DNA of 64,000 nt from Diplonema japonicum (lineage: Eukaryota; Protista; Euglenozoa: Diplonemea), in contig OZ025710.1 of the NCBI GenBank assembly GCA_964019335.1, forward strand, positions 310,001 to 374,000, in the 5' to 3' direction. This document shows positions 44,592 through 54,100 of the stretch, piece by piece. A model generated the notes under the pieces. That model saw only the letters and a list, made by a program, of their open reading frames with translations. It was not told the DNA's origin and did no database searches. The stretch's first letter is position 1; the number at the start of each line of letters is the position of its first letter. The position numbers and the translations under genes were made by a program.

Positions 44592-46178
44592 ATGTTGGTC
44601 CAAAAAATGGTAATCGCGGTGGTGCTCCTCACCGCAACCATGTCGGAGTGTAGAAAAGTGACCGTGTCTGTGAAGGGACGGTGGACATTTATCGACAAGT
44701 TTGTCTTCGATGAAAGAGACAGCAAGCTGGGCAACGCACCACCGCTACTAGAGTTCTACACCAAAGACGCCCCAAAAGATGGCTACAGGCTGGTACTGTA
44801 CAGCGACCAACCGTACAGCTGGCCTGCGGCAAAAGGCTACATAAGAGACGACGAACTATGGAAGAACGATGAACTGGGCGCCTGCGAGATCCTCTCAACG
44901 TGCCCCAGCACGACAAACTGCAGCACCTGCATGTTGAGATCGTGCAACGGGGCAATACCCATCGCAGCGACGTGTGACGACCCGAAGTCACACTGCATAG
45001 GCACCAAAGCCAACCCATACAGGCAGCTCATCGAGCAGCACACACGGCCAAGATTCTGGTTCATCGGCGTCACCAACTGCGAGGTGAACAAGACCCCCTT
45101 GCTGCAAACAAAAATATACGTCACATTCCGTAACCCCGGTGGCTGGTTCCGCGAGGAATTCGGTGTCGATGAACAGGGGATCCTCGAGTTCCAAATTATC
45201 ATTGTACCGTACTTTGCCATCATGGCCGGGGCCTATGCTGGCATGACCTACCGTGAGAGGAAGCGACAAGGCGACGCTGCCGAGATCCACGCTGTCATCA
45301 AGTGGTTCCTTCTAATCATCGCGCTGCAGCTTATCTATTATACAGACAAGTTGAAGACATACTCATTCGTTGCTACCTATGGTGAGGGGTACCAGTACTT
45401 CAGCTCCGCGGGGTTCCTCGCCTCTGTGATGTTTATCATGCTTGTGGTCAACTTCTCTACGGGTTTCTCGGCGATCGGAACGCAGTTCTTCGCACCGTTG
45501 AAGGACAGTTTCCACCAGAAGGCCATCGCAGGTATGGGTCTGTTCCTCATCCTGTGGAACTGTGTGTTGTTTGTGTACTCAAGGCTCAACGAGGATCCGA
45601 TGGATGTTGAGTCGCCGTATCAAACGTGGCCCTCCATCCTCCTCAGCACTGCAAGAGTGCCCATCATCGGGTACTACATGTGGTGTTTGTACAACACAGT
45701 CCAAGAGGTACCGGAGCAGAAGAAGTACTACGTGAAGTGGGGTGCGGTCTTCTTCTCGTACCTCTGTGCGTTGCCGCTGTTCACGGTGCTTGCGAGTGTT
45801 GTGTCTCCTCACGTGAAATTCCGGGCGGTTGACTGCACAGTGGACGTTGTTACTGTAGTTTCGATGTCATGTATGTGCTACCTTCTCTGGCCTGGTCCAG
45901 GTTTGACAAATGTACTGTCGAACACATACACCCTGTCTGCTACTGGTCCCACTCATATGCCAATGTCTGATGGTGGTGCACTGTCGCCTCCTCCGCCGCC
46001 TATTTCCAATACTGTATCTTCCATGCACCATGTTGATGGTGATGATGGTGTTGGTGAGGGTGAGGTTCCTCTTGTTAATGACGACACCCGAGAGGGCGGC
46101 CTTGAGGTTACCATTAATGAAGCGGACGACCTTGAGGGTGATGGGGCGAATCCGCTTAGACCACTGGTGGCGAGTTAG
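44592..46178 (+). CDS. GPR180/TMEM145-like (GOST family) seven-transmembrane protein, 528 aa
   Basis: Signal peptide; W.FIDKF; RPRFWFIGVTNC; FRNPGGWFREEFGVDEQGILE; about 7 hydrophobic helices; YQTWP motif. Confidence 0.8.
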   Translation: MLVQKMVIAVVLLTATMSECRKVTVSVKGRWTFIDKFVFDERDSKLGNAPPLLEFYTKDAPKDGYRLVLYSDQPYSWPAAKGYIRDDELWKNDELGACEILSTCPSTTNCSTCMLRSCNGAIPIAATCDDPKSHCIGTKANPYRQLIEQHTRPRFWFIGVTNCEVNKTPLLQTKIYVTFRNPGGWFREEFGVDEQGILEFQIIIVPYFAIMAGAYAGMTYRERKRQGDAAEIHAVIKWFLLIIALQLIYYTDKLKTYSFVATYGEGYQYFSSAGFLASVMFIMLVVNFSTGFSAIGTQFFAPLKDSFHQKAIAGMGLFLILWNCVLFVYSRLNEDPMDVESPYQTWPSILLSTARVPIIGYYMWCLYNTVQEVPEQKKYYVKWGAVFFSYLCALPLFTVLASVVSPHVKFRAVDCTVDVVTVVSMSCMCYLLWPGPGLTNVLSNTYTLSATGPTHMPMSDGGALSPPPPPISNTVSSMHHVDGDDGVGEGEVPLVNDDTREGGLEVTINEADDLEGDGANPLRPLVAS

Positions 46179-46324
46179 GATTAAAAGGGGGAGGGGGGGG
46201 AATAGAAAAAAAGGGGGGGTGTTCATAGATGTGATGTAATGTAGCGTGTTCGGGAGAAATGTGGATGTGTTTTCTTTTCTTTTTTTTTCTTTTTTTTTCT
46301 TTTTTTTCTTTTTTTTCTTTTTTT

Positions 46325-46368
46325 AGGCGTCCTGCCACATACCGCAGGTACCCTTAAATGTCTCTTTT
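46325..46368 (+). repeat. 44-nt dispersed hairpin element, copy 2
   Basis: Exact match to 31039-31082; follows a T/C tract of about 55 nt. Confidence 0.9.
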
Positions 46369-46890
46369 TTTTTGCAGTGTTTTTTTATATGTATTTCTTG
46401 TAATGAACAACAAAAAAGAACACAAAAAAGGGTCGTGGTGGATTTGTACCGGCACAGAACACCTTCTGTTATGTTTCTTTCTTCCTTTCTTTTTTTTTTT
46501 CTCTCTTTCCTTGATAAGAAAAGAAGGGGGGGGGGGGACCCCAATATATTGAAAATGAAATTCTTGTTGATGTTTGCTTTGAAAAGAAGGGGAAAAAAAG
46601 AGAATAGGGCGGGTAGCAGCGCGTTGGACTTCGGTTGTGCACAAAACAACAAATCAAAAACCGACTCTTTTTTTTTGTTTTCGTTTCCTTTATCTGCCTG
46701 TGTCTTCTCCCCCCCCGCCCGCCCCCGCCCCTTCTTTTTATGTTCTCTCATCACAAAAGAAAACTGACGTTATACATTTTTTAATATATTTTCACCCCCC
46801 CCCCCCCGTGTAATTCAAAAAAAAGAGAGAAGGCGTAAAAAGAAGGGAAACCTAAAAGGAAAAAGGAAAAAAGGGAAAAAGAAAAAAAAG

Positions 46891-49215
46891 ATGGGTTGGG
46901 AAACCTTCGCCGCGAAATGTCAGGACCTTATACCAACGTACTGCTCGGAGGAGGTTGGTGTGGAGAAGTCAACTCTGGCAGGGTGCTGGCACATAACGGA
47001 AAAGGTAGCGGACGCAATTGCAGTGGGGAGCCTGGTGGACTCACCCAAGAGACAAATCGTGTACCTAGACATGACTAAGCTCGATGAAGAGACTGCGAAT
47101 CACATTACCGGGAAAACTGCAAACTCCCCTGGCCTGTACATGAGCTTAGCACATGTCGCAATCCACTACCTGTTTTACACAAAGAAACCAACACCCACCG
47201 AACCAATGGTATCCGTACGCCTACGAGGCGTCCCGTTATCAAAAATAAACGGCCAGCTCCGAGCTCACGACGTGCAAAGTGTAATAGCGGTGAGGGGTAC
47301 TGTTGTCCGCTTGTCTTCCGTCCAGCCAATGGTTTTGAAGATGGTGTACGGGTGTCAGAAGTGTGGCGACGCACAAAGCGTTCCGACCTCGGACGGTGTT
47401 TGCATCTTCCCCACATCATGCTCCAGAAGCAACTGTCGGGCTGTGAAGAAATTCGGGTCTGGTTTCTACCCCGACCCGCTTCACGAATCTGTCAAGACGG
47501 TGAATCATCAAAGATTGAAGCTGCAAGTCGAAACATCGAACACCGGTCGCATCCCTTGCAGCGTTGAAGTAGAGCTGCAAGGTTCCTTGTGCGACACGAT
47601 TTCACCTGGCGACATCGTAACCTGCATTGGTATTCTGAAGCAGGACTGTGTTAGTTCGAAGGGTCGTTCACGTGGAGCCGCTGCAGCCGATGCCACCTCC
47701 CTAACAGCGGCGTACCTTGAGTGCAACAACATCGAGAAGTACGGGCAGGGCGGGCAGGGTTCCGGCACAACGTCAAACAACCAGAGCAACCCGGTAGCCA
47801 GCGCGAAGGACAGCCATGTCATCACAGCTGCAAACATCGCTGGTATCAAGGAAATCTCCACACGGGAAGACACCTTCGCTTTGCTGGTGCATTCACTGTG
47901 TCCTTCTATATTAGGTCACGAGCTTGTCAAAGCAGGGATGATCCTAACCCTTTTGGGAGGCACCCTGCGAGACCCAGAATCCGGCCAACGAGGGAACACC
48001 CACTTACTCGTAGTCGGGGATCCCGGTGCAGGGAAGAGTCAGATGTTAAAAGCAGTCTCCCACGTAGCTCCCAGAGGCGTTCATGTCAGTGGGAACTCCG
48101 CCTCTGCATCGGGTCTGACGGTGACACTGGTACGCGATGTCGCCACAGGAGACTCGGCATTGGAGGCAGGTGCGTTGGTTCTTGGGGATCAAGGGATAAC
48201 ATGCATTGATGAGTTCGATAAGATGGACAAGGTCGAGCATCAAGCACTCCTTGAAGCCATGGAACAACAGAAGATTAGTATCGCAAAGGCGGGTGCGGTG
48301 GGCTCCCTCCCTGCAAGGACCAGCATCATCGCGGCGGCCAACCCTACCTCAGGGCACTACGACGATTTCAAGTCGGTTGCGGAGAACGTGCGGACGAACC
48401 CCGCGCTGCTCTCGCGTTTCGACCTCGTTTTCATCTTGAAGGACACCATTGAGGGCCGTTTGCAAGAGGGTCTTACCAGACATGTTATATCCCTCCATTC
48501 AGGTGTGGGGTCCCGTGCAAAACACCACCAGCCCTCTACCATTGAGGACGCAGCAAACCCGACAAACGATCTGCTCGCGTTCACCACAGATGGTGTCGAG
48601 ACACGGCTGCGGACGACAAAGTACGACAGAGACGAACTCGTGCCGCACAGGCTTATGACGAAATATATATCATACGCGAGAAGGGTTGTCCGGCCGAGAA
48701 TGTCGAGCGCTGCAAGCGAAGTGTTGAAGGCCTATTACATAGAACTGCGGAAGAGCAGTGACTCAAAGGATGCGATGCTCATCACCACTAGGCAGCTGGA
48801 ATCACTTGTACGACTGGCACAGGCACGTGCTAAGGTGGACCTCCGCGACGAGGTCACGGCAGAGGATGCTGAGGACGTGATCTCACTGATGAAGCGGTCC
48901 CTTTACCAGATGTGTACCGACGTTGAAACCGGTCAGATCGATGCCAACCGTGGCCCTTGCGGTGCTGGCCGATCTCGCGACGGACGTGCCCTCGTTCACT
49001 GGATGCAAGACCAAGTCAAGGCACTTGGCGCAGATCCCTCCTACCAAGTCTTTACTCATAAGGAACTCGTTGCTCAGCTTCAAAAATGGGCCTACACAGA
49101 AGCCAAAGCAGAGAAGACTGTCTCGCATCTCAACGCTATGGGCGATATCCTAGCCGCCCCTGGTGGGTACAAGATGCGGATTGTTTCGGCGCTCCAGACA
49201 CCTAAAAAGAAATAG
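46891..49215 (+). CDS. MCM8: DNA helicase MCM8, 774 aa
   Basis: Zn finger CQKC..C...C; SLCPSILGHELVKAG; GDPGAGKSQML; LEAGALVLGDQGITCIDEFDKM; HQALLEAMEQQKISIAKAG..SLPARTSIIAAANP..GHY; ITTRQLESLVRL. Confidence 0.9.
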   Translation: MGWETFAAKCQDLIPTYCSEEVGVEKSTLAGCWHITEKVADAIAVGSLVDSPKRQIVYLDMTKLDEETANHITGKTANSPGLYMSLAHVAIHYLFYTKKPTPTEPMVSVRLRGVPLSKINGQLRAHDVQSVIAVRGTVVRLSSVQPMVLKMVYGCQKCGDAQSVPTSDGVCIFPTSCSRSNCRAVKKFGSGFYPDPLHESVKTVNHQRLKLQVETSNTGRIPCSVEVELQGSLCDTISPGDIVTCIGILKQDCVSSKGRSRGAAAADATSLTAAYLECNNIEKYGQGGQGSGTTSNNQSNPVASAKDSHVITAANIAGIKEISTREDTFALLVHSLCPSILGHELVKAGMILTLLGGTLRDPESGQRGNTHLLVVGDPGAGKSQMLKAVSHVAPRGVHVSGNSASASGLTVTLVRDVATGDSALEAGALVLGDQGITCIDEFDKMDKVEHQALLEAMEQQKISIAKAGAVGSLPARTSIIAAANPTSGHYDDFKSVAENVRTNPALLSRFDLVFILKDTIEGRLQEGLTRHVISLHSGVGSRAKHHQPSTIEDAANPTNDLLAFTTDGVETRLRTTKYDRDELVPHRLMTKYISYARRVVRPRMSSAASEVLKAYYIELRKSSDSKDAMLITTRQLESLVRLAQARAKVDLRDEVTAEDAEDVISLMKRSLYQMCTDVETGQIDANRGPCGAGRSRDGRALVHWMQDQVKALGADPSYQVFTHKELVAQLQKWAYTEAKAEKTVSHLNAMGDILAAPGGYKMRIVSALQTPKKK

Positions 49216-49372
49216 TACCGCGAGAAGAGAGAAAGAAGTGAAATGTTATCCCAATTTTCATGTACTTTTTTTTTCCCCCCTTGCTGTTTGCGTTTGCTAA
49301 CCCTCTTTCTCCCCCCCCCCCCCCCCCAATGAATTTTCCGATAATACTATTATTTGTAGGGTGCCGCCGCCA

Positions 49373-50086
49373 ATGAAGCTCGGCTCTGTGGTGGTGTTGC
49401 TGAGTGTTGCAGAGGTATGCCATGGACAGGACAACACACAGAGTCAAGGGTTTGGAGGGGTGCAGTTGGGGTCAGATTTGCAATGTGCGAGCTTGATAGA
49501 TGCGAACAAAGCAAAAATAATAAAGGACATCCTGCCCTGCAAGTGCAGGGTCAAGAGCGAAGTGGCTGTGGGGTGCCACCCGAACTGCTGCGAAACAGAC
49601 AGGTGCTGGTCGGGGAACGAGAGGGAGTGGTCGCCTTACGAACAGATCATATGCAGACCAAGCACCACTGAAGGGAACTCCTTCTCGGACGGTGTCTGCC
49701 TCTACACAGGGGGGAATCCTCATACTGTGGTGGGGAACCTCACTGCCGTGAACTTTTATCTAAGTACGCTTGTCGAGTATTTCTGCATAGATCTCATTCT
49801 GTCTTCGTGTCTGCCTTCTGACGACGCTGCTGACTTCACGTTCCGAACCGATAGCAACCTCCCTTGTCGTCAGTTGTGCCCGCCACCGCCCATTGAGCCT
49901 TGTACCTCAACCTCCTGTTTGTACAACAGGGGGCGCACACACCCCTTCGTGCGGTCCTGGGTGCTCAACGCGCACCTGCCGCCTGGTGCTTACATGCTTA
50001 CCTGTGTCACTATCCAGAGGCTCAACGCAGGAGTCACGGAGGTGAACCAGACGCAGTATCTCCCGACGGCTTTTGAGGTTGCGTAG
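49373..50086 (+). CDS. Secreted cysteine-rich hypothetical protein, 237 aa
   Basis: Signal-peptide-like MKLGSVVVLLSVAEVCHG; many Cys; no TM anchor seen. Confidence 0.65.
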   Translation: MKLGSVVVLLSVAEVCHGQDNTQSQGFGGVQLGSDLQCASLIDANKAKIIKDILPCKCRVKSEVAVGCHPNCCETDRCWSGNEREWSPYEQIICRPSTTEGNSFSDGVCLYTGGNPHTVVGNLTAVNFYLSTLVEYFCIDLILSSCLPSDDAADFTFRTDSNLPCRQLCPPPPIEPCTSTSCLYNRGRTHPFVRSWVLNAHLPPGAYMLTCVTIQRLNAGVTEVNQTQYLPTAFEVA

Positions 50087-50286
50087 TGTTTGCAGTTGTG
50101 TTCCCCCCCCTCCCCCCTTCCTTTCTTTTTAGGGGAAAAAAGAGAGTTTGCAATTTACGTTGCATCAAAAAAAAGAAAGAAAGAATAATAATATTATAAC
50201 CGTTGTTGTTTTTTTTTCTTTTTTAGCTTTACTTTTCTCCTTCGAAACCAATCAACCGCCACAGTTATCAAAAGGGAGGTATTAAC

Positions 50287-52098
50287 ATGACTGCCACATG
50301 GGAATGGGATGCTCCGGAGATCACGGACCCGGAGGTCATGGGGAAGCTGACTGCGCCCAAAGCAGATGTTGAGGTGATGGCGTGCGGGCGGGCATACGAG
50401 GAGGCTCTTGCGAGGTGGGTCCCGAGTCTGAAGAAAGAAGAAGAAAAGGAGCCGTCGAGCCCGACCAGCCCTGCGAGCCCCGCAAGCGGCAACGGGACGA
50501 AGAAGGAAAAGAAGAAGAAGGCGACGAGCACTAAGCTGTCTGAGGCGGAGCTGGAGGGCAACCACTACGAACTCCTGGAGTTGGAGGACAAGGAGTGGGA
50601 GGCCACCGAGGATGAGATCACGAAGGCATACAAGAAGAAGTGTCTCGAGACCCACCCCGACAAGACAGGAGGCGACGACACGCTGTTCAAGGCAGTGCAG
50701 GTGGCAGGCGAGGTGCTCCTCAGCGAGCAGAAGAGGAAGGCGTACGACTCGTCCCTCCCCTTCGACGACGGCATCCCTGCTGCAAAGATCCCTGTCGACC
50801 GCTTCTACAAAACCTTCGCACCCGTCTTCGAGAGGAACGGGAAGTGGTACCTCCACGGAAGGGAGAAGGTCCTCCCCCTGGGTAACGAGAAGACCCCAAT
50901 GGAAACCGTCGATGCCTTCTACACCTTCTGGTTCTCTTTCAAGTCATGGAGGGACTTTGCCCACGAGGCTGCGGAGCACGACCTGGAGCAGGCTGAGCAC
51001 CGTGAGGAGCGCAGGTGGATGGAACGCGAGAACCAGCGTGGAATCGAGAAACGCAAGAAGACCGAGATGGCACGTATCCTGCAGCTTGTGGAGCGTTCCT
51101 ACAGGAACGACCCGAGGATCAAGCAGAGGGAGGCCGACCGCATTGCTGAGAAGGAGCGCGTCCGTGAGGCAAAACGTCAGGAGGAAGAGGACAAGAAGCG
51201 CAAGGAGATCGAAGAAGCTGAACGCATTGCGAAGGAAGAAGGCGAGCGCAAGGTCGCACACAAGGCAAGCCAGCAAAACAGCAAGAAGCTCCGTCAGGGG
51301 CTCAGGAAGGCGCTCAAGGCGTCGGACTCTGAGGAGACCATCAACAGAACACATGTCGACTGGCTCATCGGGAAGTTCGAGCCCGCCGACCTGGAGGAGG
51401 CAACGGAGATCCTGAAGAACTGCGCAACACCCGAAGAGACTGCAGACGCTGTGGAGGTGCTCATCCTGGCAGCAGAGGACAAGAGAAGGGAGTCCCGCTG
51501 GGGAGTCTCGACCGCAGGCAAGAAGGAAGAGAAGAAAGAGACCGTCGCCGTCAAGGCCAAGGAAACAGAATGGACCGACGACGAACTCCTTGAGCTTCAG
51601 AAAGCGTGCGTGAAGTACCCTGCCGGGTCCATGGAGAGGTGGAAGAGACTTTCCGAGTTCATGATGGACAAGAGGACCCCTGAGCAGTGCCTCAAGAAGG
51701 TGAAATTCTTGGAACAGGAGTACAGAATGCCGCAGCAACAGGTTGCAGGTGGCATGAGGGATATCAGCGCCAAGAAGCTCAACCTGCCTTCCTCCATTGG
51801 TAAGGAAGCAACGAATGAAACTATTGAACCGACTTGGGGCGACGTTCCCACCAGAAAATTCAAGGAAGAGGAGAAGCCTGCAGAGAGCGAAGCCGCTGCC
51901 GAGCAACCTGCTGCTGAAGAACCAACAGCTGACATCTGGAGTGCATCGCAGCAGAAGGCTCTCGAAACTGTGCTCAGAGACCTCAAGGCCTACAAAGATA
52001 AGGACAAATGGGAGAAAATTGCCGCTGCGGTAGAGGGTAAGAACAAGAAACAATGCGTTTCAAGGTACAAGTTCCTTTGTAGCCAGATGAAGAAATAG
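50287..52098 (+). CDS. DNAJC2: DnaJ homolog subfamily C member 2 (zuotin/MPP11), 603 aa
   Basis: J domain with HPDK; zuotin region (FY.TFAPVFERN.KW, FY.FWFSFKSWRDF, REERRWMEREN, DPRIK); two C-terminal SANT domains. Confidence 0.93.
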   Translation: MTATWEWDAPEITDPEVMGKLTAPKADVEVMACGRAYEEALARWVPSLKKEEEKEPSSPTSPASPASGNGTKKEKKKKATSTKLSEAELEGNHYELLELEDKEWEATEDEITKAYKKKCLETHPDKTGGDDTLFKAVQVAGEVLLSEQKRKAYDSSLPFDDGIPAAKIPVDRFYKTFAPVFERNGKWYLHGREKVLPLGNEKTPMETVDAFYTFWFSFKSWRDFAHEAAEHDLEQAEHREERRWMERENQRGIEKRKKTEMARILQLVERSYRNDPRIKQREADRIAEKERVREAKRQEEEDKKRKEIEEAERIAKEEGERKVAHKASQQNSKKLRQGLRKALKASDSEETINRTHVDWLIGKFEPADLEEATEILKNCATPEETADAVEVLILAAEDKRRESRWGVSTAGKKEEKKETVAVKAKETEWTDDELLELQKACVKYPAGSMERWKRLSEFMMDKRTPEQCLKKVKFLEQEYRMPQQQVAGGMRDISAKKLNLPSSIGKEATNETIEPTWGDVPTRKFKEEEKPAESEAAAEQPAAEEPTADIWSASQQKALETVLRDLKAYKDKDKWEKIAAAVEGKNKKQCVSRYKFLCSQMKK

Positions 52099-52289
52099 AT
52101 GGAAAAAAAAAAAGAAAAAAAAAGAGAATACAGAAAAAAAAAAAAAAGACTTACCCTTTTTGAAAAAAAAAATCTTAAAAAAAAAAGTTTTAGTACCTCG
52201 CCCCCTTAAATTCCACACACATGTTTATCCTGTTTCTTCTTCTTCTTTCTTTCATTTTTTTTTTATTTTACTTTGTTCCTCTCTTCACT

Positions 52290-52385
52290 TTTTTATTTTT
52301 ATTTTTATTTTTATTTTTATTTTTATTTTTATTTTTATTTTTATTTTTATTTTTATTTTTATTTTTATTTTTATTTTTATTTTTA
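52290..52385 (+). repeat. (TTTTTA)16 microsatellite
   Basis: A at every sixth position from 52295 to 52385. Confidence 0.92.
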
Positions 52386-52797
52386 TTTGTTATCAATTTT
52401 TTTTATACTCAGTCATCAACACGAAAGAAAAAAAAGAAAGAGAAAAAAAAAAGAAACAGCGTTAAAGAAGTACTGCGCTGTCGTCGTTCAAAATGTTTTT
52501 TTTTTCCCTTCTGTTATTATTATTTTTTTATTTTCCCACATTCTTGATCAGCCTCAGAGAGAAAAAAAAAAGTACTTTTTTTTTTGTTTGTTTTTTTTTT
52601 TTTTATTTCATTTATTTTTTTTCTTCAGCCCCACATTCTTCCCTTTCCTTTTTTTTTTTTTTTTTTTTTTTTTTTTCCGACTTAATCTCTTGAGATGTTT
52701 TTTTCTTCTTTTTTTTTCCCGCAAAAAAAAAAAAAAAAAAAAAAAAAAACTCCTCACCCCAACCAAGGAGAGGGGAAAAAAAAAATATAATAACACA

Positions 52798-53578
52798 ATG
52801 ACGAGCACGTTAGAGCTCCTTTGGGAGCATGTTTATCAGCCAGTGTGCGTTCACGACGGAGGGATAGTCACATCCATTGAAAGAGCAAAAGACCCTTGCT
52901 GGTGGCGAGTCCTGGACGAATCAGGGATAGGTTTCATCTTTGGTTTGGGGCTTGGATTCGGTGTAAGTATGATCCATTCCAGAAGAAAAAAAAAAAAAAA
53001 AAACTCCAGATATCTATCAGGGTTTCCGAATGGCAGTTCCAGGCAAGCGATTCCGGGTAATCAGAGACCGGATAGTAACCCAGGTCCCTGCGAATGGCGG
53101 CTCTTTTGCTGCCTGGACAACAGCTTTTGCTCTTACAGAGTGCGTGGTGGTTAAGATTAGGGGTTTGTCAAAAAAAAAAAATTTTTTTTTAGGAAAAAAA
53201 AAATTTTTTTTTTTTCGCAGGGGGTACTGAAGACGCGATAAACCCGACAATCGCTGGTGCCGGTGCAGGTTTCTTTACAAACTTTGCTGGTGGGCGTAGG
53301 GCGATGATCCACGGTGCGAAAATGGGTGCTCTTCTTCTCGGTACAATGGAGCTTCTCATGAATGCCTACTCCGCCTACACCGTGAACCAGCAGCTTTGTA
53401 TGGCACAGGACGTGGCGCCCCCTGAAGAATATTTGGTGAAAGACGGAAGAGATGCAAGGTATCAATTTTTGAAATTTTGGAAGGGAAAAAAAAAAAATCC
53501 AGGTATTCACACAAGCGGAGGACACAAGAGTTCAATTGGGCACCTGCCTTGCCTTCCACTACCGTTAGTTCTGCATAA
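52798..53578 (+). CDS. TIM17: Mitochondrial inner-membrane translocase Tim17-family protein, 209 aa; exons 52798-52960, 53010-53162, 53221-53458, 53503-53578
   Basis: DPCWWRVLDESGIGF..G (compare Tim17 DPCPWRIVDD.G.AF), P..GGSFAAW...F...EC....IR..ED..N..IAGA..G; three GT-AG introns restore the frame. Confidence 0.8.
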
Positions 53579-54100
53579 AAAAAAAAAAAAAAAAATTAAA
53601 AAAAAAAAACCCCTTCAGTTGTGAGAGAGAAATAAGAGTGAAGGGGGAGAAGGGGGAAAAAAAAAAGTGCTGTTTTTTTTTTTTTTTGTTGCAAACTACC
53701 TGCTGGTGGTCTTTTTTTTTTTTTTTTTTTTTTTTTGTCTTTCTTTTTTTCTTTTCTCCCCGTCCCCCCGTTCCTATCCCCATTCTTTTTTTTTTTCCCC
53801 CTGTTTTCTTTTTTTTCAAAAAAGTCATTCATTGCCTTTTTCTTTTCTTTTTCTCCTTTTTCTTCTTTTTTTACCCCCTTTTTTTTTACCTTGTTCATCC
53901 ACACATCAATTTTCATATATTCCTATTCTCTTTTTCTTTCCTTATGGTAATTCGGCCTCTTAGAGGAGAACATGAGAACAGGTCGTAATGAGGAAAGTCG
54001 GTCCTCGGTCTCCTCGTATCAGGCTTGTTCCTCCGGTTTACCTCGGCTCCAAGACCGTGCTTTAAATTTAAAAAAAAAAAAAAAAAAAGGCGGGGGGACA

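Noticed and set aside
2569-53502. Introns as introner-type mobile elements
   Set aside because: Apart from the RPS15 duplicate, the introns share no sequence similarity or terminal repeats; AG|G junction repeats are ordinary protosplice context.
53980-54012. ATGAG..CTCG resembling a hammerhead stem II
   Set aside because: CUGA and the correctly placed GAAA core are absent.
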